In this document: piece by piece, positions 28,832 through 37,354 of the stretch
Numbering within the stretch: position 1 is the stretch's first letter
How the letters are laid out: each line of letters opens with the position of its first letter
Source: an uncultured Candidatus Sumerlaeota bacterium
GTDB taxonomy: Bacteria; Sumerlaeota; Sumerlaeia; MVZB01; JAJFLK01
Assembly (NCBI GenBank): GCA_964586185.1
Contig: CAZPIK010000002.1
Coordinates: 1 to 39,482 of the forward strand
Direction: 5' to 3'
DNA length: 39,482 bases
Translations under genes and position numbers: made by a program
Notes under the pieces: model-generated
Seen by the model: the letters and a program-made list of their open reading frames with translations, nothing else
Databases searched by the model: none
Told to the model about the DNA's origin: nothing

Positions 28832-29608
28832 ATGGCCGATTTAAAATCCACACCGAGTGCCAGCGCAACCGCATTCGTCCACGGTTTGGGAGACCCTTGG
28901 CGTGGCGTTGTGTTTCTATTGCGTAACGCCTCGCTTTGGCCGTGGGCCACGCTCCCTTTCGTATTGAGCCTCGCCGTCTATATCCTCATTTTCGCCTTGG
29001 GTTGGCATTACGGCCACGGATGGTTCGAGTCCACGTTTTACGGACAAGGAAAAACTTGGGCCGCGCTCGGTATGTTGATCGAAATCATTTTCTGGATTTT
29101 GGCCGCTCTCCTCGCCGCTTTTGCATTTATCCCAGTCGCCACACTGATCGCCAATCCATTCAACGATCTCTTATCGGAACGAACCGAATGGATTTATCGT
29201 GGCGAACAAGCCGTAGCTTTTTCTTTCTCGCGAATGTTCCGCGCGCTGTGGGTCGGCCTCGTGGGTGAAATTCGCCGATTCATTAAGGTCATCGTCCTTC
29301 TACTGTTGGCGTATGCGTTGTTGCTGATTCCCGTCGCAGGGGCTTTCCTTTCGTCCGCGGCTTCGATGATGATCACACTTTCTTTTCTGAGTCTCGAATA
29401 TACCTCGTTTTCAATGGATCGCCGAATTTACACATGGGAACAAAAAAAGGAATTCCTTCGAAATCATCGCGCGCGAACGTGGGGATTCTCCGCCATGACC
29501 CTCGCCATTCTGACGATTCCTATCGTCAACGCGCTCTTCATTCCCATCTCCGCCATCGCGGGAACGTTGCTCTTTTGCGATACGGAATTGACTGCGCGAA
29601 GAAAATAG
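28832..29608 (+). CDS. EI24/CysZ-family membrane protein
   Basis: N-terminal GLGDPWRGVVFLLRNASLWPWATLPFVLSL followed by 4-5 TM segments, which is typical of EI24/CysZ. It starts 25 nt after the cNMP-binding gene. Confidence 0.7.
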   Translation: MADLKSTPSASATAFVHGLGDPWRGVVFLLRNASLWPWATLPFVLSLAVYILIFALGWHYGHGWFESTFYGQGKTWAALGMLIEIIFWILAALLAAFAFIPVATLIANPFNDLLSERTEWIYRGEQAVAFSFSRMFRALWVGLVGEIRRFIKVIVLLLLAYALLLIPVAGAFLSSAASMMITLSFLSLEYTSFSMDRRIYTWEQKKEFLRNHRARTWGFSAMTLAILTIPIVNALFIPISAIAGTLLFCDTELTARRK

Positions 29609-29674
29609 CCGGAGGCAAACCTTGACCAAGTCCCATTGCATAAGGGATGATCTTTGGCGCGTTTGCCAAGGTTC

Positions 29675-29751
29675 GCGCCCGTAGCTCAGCTGGATAGAGC
29701 GCTTGCCTCCGGAGCAAGAGGTCAGAGGTTCGAATCCTCTCGGGCGCGCCA
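29675..29751 (+). tRNA. tRNA-Arg (anticodon CCG), CCA encoded
   Basis: GCGCCCG-TA-GCTC-AGCTGGATA-GAGC-G-CTTGC-CTCCGGA-GCAAG-AGGTC-AGAGG-TTCGAAT-CCTCT-CGGGCGC-G-CCA. Confidence 0.95.
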
Positions 29752-29764
29752 CTCAACTCACTGT

Positions 29765-30898
29765 ATGACCGAATTCAGCAAAAAAAATCCCTTCCCCGCT
29801 CCTATTATCGAGCATCGGAAACTGAATGGCGCCGGGTCCGAAAAGGACACCCGCCATTTTGCTCTGTCGCTCAAAGCATCGGGGCTGACATACGAACCCG
29901 GCGATGCGCTCGGAGTCCGCCCCAAAAACGATCCCGCGCTGGTGGAGGAACTGCTTGAAGCCCTCGATTGCAACGGCGATGAACCCATCCCTGCATCCGA
30001 CGGCGAGACGGCGAAGCCGATTCGGGAAACCCTGATTTCCGACTGCCAAATCACCCGCCCACCCAAGCCATTTTTGGACGCGTTGGTCGAAAAAACCGGC
30101 GACCCCGATCTCCGGCGACTGCTCGATCCCGCGAATAAGGCGCAGTTGGAAGCTTATCTGCGCGACCGCGAAATTATTGATCTGCTGATCGAACATCCCC
30201 GCGCATTATTCGATGCACCGGAATTTGTCGCGACGCTCAAGCGGATGCTGCCGCGACTCTATTCCATCTCGTCGAGTCCCAAAGCGCATCCTGACGAGGT
30301 TCACTTAACCGTCGCCGTGCTCACCTATGTTTCCAATGGTCGAACGCGCAAGGGAGTTTGTTCAACCTATCTCGCCGAGCGCGTCGGCGAGAATGATCGC
30401 GTCGGGGTTTTCACGCATCACAACAAAGCATTCCGACTGCCCGACGATCCGAATAAGCCGATTATTATGATCGGGCCGGGAACAGGCGTCGCTCCCTTTC
30501 GCGCTTTCTTGGAGGAACGCCGCGCAAACGGCGACAAAGGCAAGACCTGGCTTTTCTTCGGCGATCAACACGCGAAAACCGATTTTCTTTACGAAAGTGA
30601 ATTCGCCGCGTTCAAAAAGGACGGCGTTCTTTCGCGACTCGATACGGCTTTTTCCCGCGATCAAGCGAGCAAAGTTTACGTTCAACATCGGATGCTGGAA
30701 AACGCGCGAGAGTTTTTCGAGTGGCTGCAGTCCGGCGCGTATCTTTATGTCTGCGGGGATGCCAGCCGAATGGCCAAGGATGTGGACCTTGCTCTGCGCG
30801 AGATCATTCGGATTGCGGGCGGCAAGTCGGTCGAAGAATCCGATCAATACGTACGGCAACTCGCCACGGACAAACGATACCGCCGCGACGTGTATTGA
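29765..30898 (+). CDS. CysJ-like FAD/NADPH reductase (sulfite reductase flavoprotein C-terminal half), no flavodoxin/FMN domain
   Basis: RLYSISSSP (FAD RxYS), GPGTGVAPFRAF (NADPH), YVCGDASRMAKDV, and C-terminal RYRRDVY. ATG 29765 was chosen because the listed start at 29654 reads through tRNA-Arg. Confidence 0.8.
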   Translation: MTEFSKKNPFPAPIIEHRKLNGAGSEKDTRHFALSLKASGLTYEPGDALGVRPKNDPALVEELLEALDCNGDEPIPASDGETAKPIRETLISDCQITRPPKPFLDALVEKTGDPDLRRLLDPANKAQLEAYLRDREIIDLLIEHPRALFDAPEFVATLKRMLPRLYSISSSPKAHPDEVHLTVAVLTYVSNGRTRKGVCSTYLAERVGENDRVGVFTHHNKAFRLPDDPNKPIIMIGPGTGVAPFRAFLEERRANGDKGKTWLFFGDQHAKTDFLYESEFAAFKKDGVLSRLDTAFSRDQASKVYVQHRMLENAREFFEWLQSGAYLYVCGDASRMAKDVDLALREIIRIAGGKSVEESDQYVRQLATDKRYRRDVY

Positions 30899-30993
30899 GT
30901 TCGTTGTTCATCCTTTTTCAAAAAAACTTGCGAGACGCCCTATCATAACCCTAGAGTGGAAACGGCTGCTTCCTACCAGGGAATGAGCTATGC

Positions 30994-31083
<90 letters not shown>

Positions 31084-31160
31084 GTCTTCTTTAACTCTTC
31101 TTCTTTAAAACCCATCCCTCCATCGCGATAGAATAATCACCTACGTTCCCAATTTTTCCG

Positions 31161-32588
31161 TCACTTGAACCGACAGACCATGAGCCGGATTTCCGTCATA
31201 TCCTCGATGGCCCAGCGGATGCCCTCGCGGCCAAAGCCGCTGGCCTTAACGCCGCCGTAGGGCATGTGATCCACCCGGAAAGATGGAATATCGCCGATAA
31301 TGACGCCGCCGACCTCCAACTCGTTCCACGCACGTTGCGCCTTCTCCAAATCGCGTGTGAAGACGCCTGCCTGAAGACCGTAAGCGCTGTCGTTCACCTC
31401 GGCGAGCGCGGCGTTAAAATCGCTGAACCGTGAGAGAACCGCAACGGGACCGAACGCCTCTTGCACGCAAATCTTCTCGTCGCGCGGGACGTTCTCAAGA
31501 AGCGTCGCCTCGACCATCGCTCCCTTGCGCCCGCCGCCGCAGAGCAGACTCGCGCCGCGAGCAACGGCGGATTTGATCCACGATTCAACCCGCATGGCTT
31601 CCTTTTCTGAAATGATTGGACCGATGAACGTGTCTTCGTCGTGAGGATTTCCCATTTTCAACTTTTTCGCGGCGGCAACGAGTTGAGAGGTAAACGGGTC
31701 GTAAACCTTTTCGTGAACAATAATCCGCTGCACCGAAATACATGTTTGTCCCGATTGATAAAACGCGCCGATGATCATGCGCTGAACCGCGTCGGCAATG
31801 TCGGCATCCTCATCCACGATACACGCGGCATTGCCGCCAAGTTCGAGGACGACCTTTTTGCGGCCGGCGCGCGACTTGAGATCCCAGCCGACATCGGGCG
31901 AGCCGGTAAAGCTGAGCAGCTTAATTCGCTCGTCCGTCGTGAACAAGTCCGCTCCGTTTCGGCTGCAGGGTAGAATGGAAAAAGCTCCTTCGGGCAGCGA
32001 CGTTTCGGCCAATATTTCTCCAATGAGCAGCGCGCCGATGGGGGTGGCGCTGGCGGGCTTGAGCACGAACGGGCATCCGACGGCAATGGCTGGCGCGACT
32101 TTGTGAGCCACGAGATTGAGCGGAAAATTGAACGGCGAAATGAACGAGCACGCGCCAATGGGTACGCGTTTCCACATGCCGGTGTAATTTTTCGCCCGCG
32201 CCGTGATGTCCATCGGAATCACTTCGCCTGTGATGCGCACCGACTCTTCGGCGGCAATCCGGAACGTTTCGATGAGACGCGCGACCTCACCCCGGCTATC
32301 TCGGATGGGCTTTCCGGCCTCGACGCAGAGCGCGTAAGCAAGCTCCTCCGCGCGTTCCGTGAACCGCGCGACGCAATGGTTCAAGATCGCCTGTCTTTCA
32401 TATGCCGCAAGTCGTCGCATCGGTTCCGCCGCGTGAGCCGCTGCCGCGATGGCACGGTCAATGATCGTTGCATCCGCCAGCGCGGTGCGTGTTGCGATCT
32501 CGCCAGTGAACTTGTCCTGCACCTCGAGCGATTGATTCGGCTGCAGCGGCTTGTTTGCCAGATAAAGGGGATACAGGTCTTTCAACAC
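31161..32588 (-). CDS. NAD(P)-dependent aldehyde dehydrogenase family protein (GapN/lactaldehyde-DH-like)
   Basis: FNFPLNLVAHKVAPAIAVG, catalytic Glu in LELGGNA, catalytic Cys in GQTCISVQR, EAFGPV. GTG start after AAGGA. Confidence 0.85.
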   Translation of the reverse strand: MLKDLYPLYLANKPLQPNQSLEVQDKFTGEIATRTALADATIIDRAIAAAAHAAEPMRRLAAYERQAILNHCVARFTERAEELAYALCVEAGKPIRDSRGEVARLIETFRIAAEESVRITGEVIPMDITARAKNYTGMWKRVPIGACSFISPFNFPLNLVAHKVAPAIAVGCPFVLKPASATPIGALLIGEILAETSLPEGAFSILPCSRNGADLFTTDERIKLLSFTGSPDVGWDLKSRAGRKKVVLELGGNAACIVDEDADIADAVQRMIIGAFYQSGQTCISVQRIIVHEKVYDPFTSQLVAAAKKLKMGNPHDEDTFIGPIISEKEAMRVESWIKSAVARGASLLCGGGRKGAMVEATLLENVPRDEKICVQEAFGPVAVLSRFSDFNAALAEVNDSAYGLQAGVFTRDLEKAQRAWNELEVGGVIIGDIPSFRVDHMPYGGVKASGFGREGIRWAIEDMTEIRLMVCRFK

Positions 32589-32727
32589 GGCGTTATTCCT
32601 TCATGTTTCGATCGGGTATGTTCATCATCGCGAAGGCGGCACTTGCGTAGATCGGCATTATGGAAAAACACCGTCGAGGCACCTTTAGCGCAGAAACCAA
32701 ACTTGTGTAGATCAGCGAAAACGGAGG

Positions 32728-32970
32728 TTACGCCAGGCGCAGAAAAATCAAAATCGGGGGGGGAGTAAATTCCTCCGTCTCGCGCTTCACCGAAAGTACG
32801 ATAACGCCGATGCGCGCGTCAACATGACAAAGCAAGTTCTTCTCCTTTCCCAGCGCGGCGATCTGCGAGTTCGGTTCCGCCTCGCCTTGCGCATGGTCAA
32901 GCGCGGAGCCGATGAGCGCGATCGTGTTGGACGTGATCCCGAGGTGTGGATATTGATTCCAACAGTGCAT
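32728..32970 (-). CDS. doubtful small ORF (hypothetical)
   Basis: It is the only ORF in the 451-nt divergent spacer. No family recognised, no RBS, and its 3' end runs through a C8 homopolymer tract. It may be non-coding. Confidence 0.2.
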   Translation of the reverse strand: MHCWNQYPHLGITSNTIALIGSALDHAQGEAEPNSQIAALGKEKNLLCHVDARIGVIVLSVKRETEEFTPPPILIFLRLA

Positions 32971-33039
32971 TATGGGACGTTGTAATCGCGGCGCACATAA
33001 ACCGAGATCAAGGACGAAACGCCGAGAGAGGGAGGCCAC

Positions 33040-34236
33040 GTGAAAAGGACATTCCTAACGATTGCATTCATAAGCATTGCGAGCGCCGCGATTCACGCGC
33101 AGGGTCTTGATCGAATCCAATTGGCCAAGCTGATGTCAATGACCAGCGCCGATAATAGGGCGGAGGCATTTGCGCACATTGACCGCATATTCCCTGTAAT
33201 CACGATCAAGAAAGCCTCCACGCCGTTCCACTTCGAAAAGGCAACTCGCGAACTCGACGGAGTGACCTACCAATGGCGCGGCAACACATCGTCTGTGCTT
33301 GAATTCATCGAAAAAACAAAGACAACATCGTTTATTGCCATCAAGGATGACGTAATCGTCTGTGAGATGTATTTTCAGGGCTATTCCTCCGAGTCCATGC
33401 CCACTTCAATGTCCGTGGCAAAATCGTTTGTGTCGGCGCTCATCGGGATTGCAGTCGGAGAAGGTCGTATCAAGAGTATTGATGATGCGATTACGGAATA
33501 TGTGCCGGAACTTTCAAAGTCAGGGTATAAGGGCGTCCCCATTCGCCATATATTGCAAATGTCCTCGGGTATAAATTTCGTTGAGGTGTATGACGACGCC
33601 AAATCCGACCTGATGACGATGATGATTCAATTGGCTGGAGGCCGTTCCCTTATTGAGTACGCCGCCTCCTTGGCGTCGAGAAAGCCATCGGGGCAAGAAT
33701 TCAATTATGCAAGTATTGACACGGCGGTGCTGGGCCTTCTTCTTGAGCGTGTGACGGGCAAGAGCGCTGCCGCTTATCTTGAAGACAAAATATGGAAGCG
33801 CATCGGGACGGAGGCCGATGCCTCTTGGGCAACTGATAATCACGGGAATCCATTGGCCTTTGCATGGCTCAACGCCACCCCCTTGGATTTTGCTCGATTC
33901 GGACGGCTTTACCTGAATGAAGGGCGTTGGGATGGCGTTCAAATCGTTCCCGCGGATTGGATCAGGAATTCAGTGGTCCCTTCGGAGAAGCATCTTCAAC
34001 CGAGGGCTTTGTATGGCCCCGACTGGAATATTGGATATCAATTTCAGTGGTGGGTTCCAAGCGGAGAGGAGAAGGAGTTTGTTGCCATCGGCATTTGGGG
34101 TCAATTTATCTATGTGAATCCCACGAGAAAGACGATTATCGTGAAAACCAGTGTTGACCCGCTCTTCGACGCGCATGAAATGGAGACCATCGAAGTCTTT
34201 AAAAGTGTCGTAAATGCCATTGGCACCCAAGAGTAG
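33040..34236 (+). CDS. secreted serine hydrolase of the beta-lactamase/class C (transpeptidase-like) family
   Basis: Signal peptide MKRTFLTIAFISIASAAIHAQG and an SxxK motif in MSVAKSFVSALIG. Clearly AT-richer than neighbouring genes. Confidence 0.8.
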   Translation: MKRTFLTIAFISIASAAIHAQGLDRIQLAKLMSMTSADNRAEAFAHIDRIFPVITIKKASTPFHFEKATRELDGVTYQWRGNTSSVLEFIEKTKTTSFIAIKDDVIVCEMYFQGYSSESMPTSMSVAKSFVSALIGIAVGEGRIKSIDDAITEYVPELSKSGYKGVPIRHILQMSSGINFVEVYDDAKSDLMTMMIQLAGGRSLIEYAASLASRKPSGQEFNYASIDTAVLGLLLERVTGKSAAAYLEDKIWKRIGTEADASWATDNHGNPLAFAWLNATPLDFARFGRLYLNEGRWDGVQIVPADWIRNSVVPSEKHLQPRALYGPDWNIGYQFQWWVPSGEEKEFVAIGIWGQFIYVNPTRKTIIVKTSVDPLFDAHEMETIEVFKSVVNAIGTQE

Positions 34237-34355
34237 GCGGAATAATTCAGTGTGATGCATTACGGGATTCATCGGATAAACGAGAATCGGTCTTCCGTAG
34301 CCAAGATTCAGCAGACGTCCATATGCATTCCGTCCTTGGGTCCGCAGGGCACGGA

Positions 34356-34384
34356 TTGACAAGCTCATCAGAAGTGTATGAAAT
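34356..34384 (+). promoter_or_regulatory. candidate promoter for the P450 gene
   Basis: TTGACA - 17 nt - TGAAAT (or a 15-nt spacer to TATGAA). Either reading leaves a leader of about 90 nt before the GTG at 34475. Confidence 0.25.
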
Positions 34385-34474
34385 TCACGCCTGAGCGAAT
34401 AGGTCATGGATTTATTCGGAAGCGGTTCCGATGAAGCAACCATTCGCCGAATCAAGTTATGAGTTGGAGCCACC

Positions 34475-35680
34475 GTGCAGGACTTTGACCCTTCATCATC
34501 TGAATTTCAGGCAAATCCATTTCCTGCATACGCACGATTGCGGGAGCATGATCCTGTTCATTGGTGCGAGCGACTCGGAGGATGGGTCGCCACGGCGTAC
34601 CGTGACGTGAAGTTTATCTTGGGAGATGCGCGTTTCTCAGCCGACCGCATAACTCCATTCATGAATGGCCTCTCAACCGCGCGGCGAGAAGCCTACGCTC
34701 GGCTTGGATCATCCCTCTCGCATTGGATTGTCTTCAACGATCCGCCGCGCCACACACGACTCAGAGGACTGCAGAACAAGGCATTTGTACCGCAGCGCAT
34801 GACCGAGTTCCGTCCGCGCGTTGAACAAATTGTACTCGATATTCTCAATACGCTCCGGGGGCGCGAGATGATTGATTTTATCGCCGATGTGGCCTATCCG
34901 CTTCCGGTCACCGTCATGGCCATGCTTCTAGGAGTGCCGACGAACGATCTGGATCAGTTCAAGTTCTGGTCCGATGAGCTGGCGCTTTTCATCGGCAGCG
35001 CGACGAGCGCACCCGACAAGTGGGATCGCGCCCAGCGCAGTCTTATCGCCATGGAGGAGTATTTCGCGAGGCTGATCGAGGTACGCCGAGCGAATCCACA
35101 AGATGATTTGTTGACCACGCTGATTCGCGCGGAGGAAGAGGGTGACAGGCTTACCTCGGCGGAATTGCTCACGAATGCCCTGGGGCTGCTCTTTGCCGGG
35201 CATGAAACCACGACCAATCTCCTGGGCAACGGCCTTCTTTCGTTGCTTCGTCACCCGGAACAATTGGATTGGATAAGGCGCAGTCCCCAGAGAACACCCG
35301 AAGCCGTCGAGGAACTGCTTCGATACGACGGGCCGGTGGGCGCGATCGTCCGCATTGCCAAGGAGGATGTCGAAATAAGACATCGAACCATCCAATCAGG
35401 CCAGCGGGTGTTCGCGATGATCAATGCGGCCAACCGGGATCCTCGTCAGTTTCGGGATCCCGATGTACTGGATCTGAAACGTGATGACAATCTCCATATT
35501 ACGTTTGGGCACGGCATCCATTATTGCGTGGGCGCCCCTTTGGCCCGACTTGAGGGAGCGCTTCTTTTCGAGGAATTCTTGCGACGCTTCCCAAGGTTTG
35601 AAATTGTACCGGCAGAATTGCAATGGCGGAACACACTTGTCCTTCGGGGACTGAGGTCGCTGCCGTTGCAAATGCTCTGA
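34475..35680 (+). CDS. cytochrome P450
   Basis: I-helix AGHETT, K-helix EELLR, and heme-thiolate loop FGHGIHYCVGAPLARLE. Confidence 0.9.
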   Translation: MQDFDPSSSEFQANPFPAYARLREHDPVHWCERLGGWVATAYRDVKFILGDARFSADRITPFMNGLSTARREAYARLGSSLSHWIVFNDPPRHTRLRGLQNKAFVPQRMTEFRPRVEQIVLDILNTLRGREMIDFIADVAYPLPVTVMAMLLGVPTNDLDQFKFWSDELALFIGSATSAPDKWDRAQRSLIAMEEYFARLIEVRRANPQDDLLTTLIRAEEEGDRLTSAELLTNALGLLFAGHETTTNLLGNGLLSLLRHPEQLDWIRRSPQRTPEAVEELLRYDGPVGAIVRIAKEDVEIRHRTIQSGQRVFAMINAANRDPRQFRDPDVLDLKRDDNLHITFGHGIHYCVGAPLARLEGALLFEEFLRRFPRFEIVPAELQWRNTLVLRGLRSLPLQML

Positions 35681-35775
35681 TTAACCGATTTCGAATCGTG
35701 CCGATATCCAAGTATGAACGCATCTTGGGGTAAAAGCGCCGATGATGCACCAAGCTGCCATCGGTGGGCACATGA

Positions 35776-36099
35776 CTAAAAGTCAAAGATTTCACCTAGC
35801 AGGGACTTTTTCCTGTAGGGGCGTCCGGTCTGCCTTTCTCGGTCACTCCAAGAGCGCTGGCCCCAATCCGAATCGTCGTCATCCTCCTGATGGCGGCGCT
35901 TGGGATAGTCCTGCCCCCGCTGCGCAGGAGACGGGAGAGGAGAGGGCTGCGAGGACGCGACAGCTGCCGTCGTGCGCTCAATGATCTTGTCCAACTCACC
36001 GCGGTCGAGCCACACACCCCGGCATTGAGGACAGTAGTCTATCTCGATGCCCTGACGGTCGGCCATCTTGAGTTCGATTTTGCATGCAGGACACAACAT
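35776..36099 (-). CDS. TFIIB-type zinc-ribbon domain protein
   Basis: MLCPACKIELK...IDYCPQCRGVWLDRGELDKI, then a low-complexity linker and the family-typical tail KKSLLGEIFDF. It starts 31 nt downstream of the TerC gene on the same strand. Confidence 0.75.
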   Translation of the reverse strand: MLCPACKIELKMADRQGIEIDYCPQCRGVWLDRGELDKIIERTTAAVASSQPSPLPSPAQRGQDYPKRRHQEDDDDSDWGQRSWSDRERQTGRPYRKKSLLGEIFDF

Positions 36100-36130
36100 A
36101 ATTCAGTTCCTTTCTATAGTTGGGATACGG

Positions 36131-37093
36131 TCAGGATTCGACCGGCTTCGGTGAGTCTGATTCTGAAACCGAAACGCTTTCGACTTTGGCCGGAAACAGA
36201 ACTGAGCCTACAGTGGAGATCGTGAGCAACGCCGCAATCACCGCAAGTGAGATGCCAACGGGAATTTTGTAAACATCCACCAGCAGCATCTTCGTCCCCA
36301 CGAAGGCCAGAATGGCGGCCAGACCGTAGTGAAGGAGATGGAACTTGTGCGCAAAGCCGGCAAGCGCAAAGTAGAGCGATCGGAGGCCGAGAATCGCGAA
36401 TGCATTGGAGGTGTAGACAATAAACGGGTCGGAACTGATGGCAAGAATAGCGGGGATGGAATCCACGGCAAAAACCAGATCGCTTAGCTCGACGATGACG
36501 AGCACGGCCAGCATCGGCGTGGCGAGCCATTTCCCGCCCTGCTTGATCCAGAACTTATCGCCGTGGTACTCGCGCGTCGAAGGCACGACCTTTCGAAATA
36601 GACGCAGAACGGGATTCTTTTCCAAGTCCATTTTTTTGCCGTGCTGCCACAGCATCTTGACCGCAGTGAGTATCAACAGCGTACCAAAGACGTAGATGAT
36701 CCAGTGGAACCGGGCTATCAAGGCCACGCCCACGGCGATGAGAATGCCGCGCATGGCCAGCGCGCCAAGCACACCCCAAAAAAGGAGCTTGTGCTGATAG
36801 GCTGCCGGAACCGCAAAGTAGCTGAATATGATTAGAAAGACGAAAATGTTGTCCACGCTAAGGGACTTTTCGATCAGGTAGCCGGTTAGAAACTGAAGCC
36901 CGACCTCCGAACCGCGCAGTTTCCAAACGCCCGCGTTGAATATGAGCGCGAGAACGATCCAGACCGCGGACCAGATGATCGCCTCTTTGAACTTGACCTC
37001 GTGGCTCTTGCGGTGAAACACCCCAAGGTCGAGGGCCAGCATGGCGAGCATAAAAACGTGAAATCCAATCCAAGCCATCATTTGTGATTCCAT
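36131..37093 (-). CDS. TerC/Alx-family integral membrane protein (probable Mn2+/metal exporter)
   Basis: TerC motifs LALDLGVFHRK, YLIEKSLSVDNIFVF and ELSDLVFAVDSIPA. ATG 37093 is preceded by GAAGGAG with a 7-8 nt spacer. Confidence 0.85.
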   Translation of the reverse strand: MESQMMAWIGFHVFMLAMLALDLGVFHRKSHEVKFKEAIIWSAVWIVLALIFNAGVWKLRGSEVGLQFLTGYLIEKSLSVDNIFVFLIIFSYFAVPAAYQHKLLFWGVLGALAMRGILIAVGVALIARFHWIIYVFGTLLILTAVKMLWQHGKKMDLEKNPVLRLFRKVVPSTREYHGDKFWIKQGGKWLATPMLAVLVIVELSDLVFAVDSIPAILAISSDPFIVYTSNAFAILGLRSLYFALAGFAHKFHLLHYGLAAILAFVGTKMLLVDVYKIPVGISLAVIAALLTISTVGSVLFPAKVESVSVSESDSPKPVES

Positions 37094-37107
37094 TAAAGTT
37101 GCTCCTT

Positions 37108-37147
37108 CAAAGCAAAAGACCTCCAGCGCAACTGGGCGCTGAAGGTC
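37108..37147 (-). terminator. intrinsic terminator forming the expression platform of the Mn2+ riboswitch
   Basis: Minus strand reads GACCTTCAGCGC-ccagtt-GCGCTGGAGGTC (12 bp, one G-U) followed by TTTTGCTTTG. The 5' arm reuses the 3' strand of the aptamer P1 helix. Confidence 0.7.
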
Positions 37148-37243
37148 TTGCAAGTCTTGGGATGCGATTACCGGCCCGGGTGCTCCGGACGTTCTGGCGA
37201 TAATCGCCCCGGCCTGTCTCAGCCGGTGCTACTCCCCTTCATG
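37141..37243 (-). promoter_or_regulatory. yybP-ykoY Mn2+ riboswitch aptamer
   Basis: Minus strand reads GAAGGGGAGTAGC...GAGACAGG...TTGCAAGACCTTC. This matches the conserved GGGGAGUAGC and (A/U)GCAAGACC(U)UUCC blocks of characterised Mn2+ riboswitches such as Lactococcus yoaB, and the downstream gene is the canonical TerC class. Confidence 0.85.
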
Positions 37244-37354
37244 TCGAAGTCTTTATCACAAAACCGGAGAGCGAAGCAAGCAAAATCGGACATCGAAATC
37301 ATTCTTTGAGAAATATTTTGGAAGACCTTCTTCTCGCAGTCGAGCGCGTTCGGT

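Noticed and set aside
27865-28950. 361-aa ORF on the minus strand, the longest unannotated ORF in the window
   Set aside because: It is exactly antisense to the cNMP-binding gene, whose two phosphate-binding cassettes make the plus-strand reading unambiguous, and it runs into the EI24 gene. Its sequence is low-complexity (rich in G, R, A and F) with no motifs. It is a typical shadow ORF in GC-rich DNA.
29654-29764. N-terminal extension of the CysJ-like ORF (listed start 29654)
   Set aside because: The extension is simply the translation of tRNA-Arg (29675-29751). The first sensible start is ATG 29765.
32103-32768. 221-aa plus-strand ORF
   Set aside because: Antisense shadow of the aldehyde dehydrogenase 5' half, with an arginine-rich composition.
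33037-33042. CACGTG palindrome giving back-to-back GTG starts for ORFs on both strands (33039 minus, 33040 plus)
   Set aside because: This is an artefact of the longest-ORF convention. The plus-strand gene has a proper signal peptide, while the minus-strand ORF is doubtful and would start at an internal ATG if it is real.
33970-34473. 167-aa minus-strand ORF spanning the hydrolase 3' end and the hydrolase-P450 spacer
   Set aside because: It overlaps the well-supported serine hydrolase gene by about 270 nt on the opposite strand. No motifs, and no homology that I recognise.
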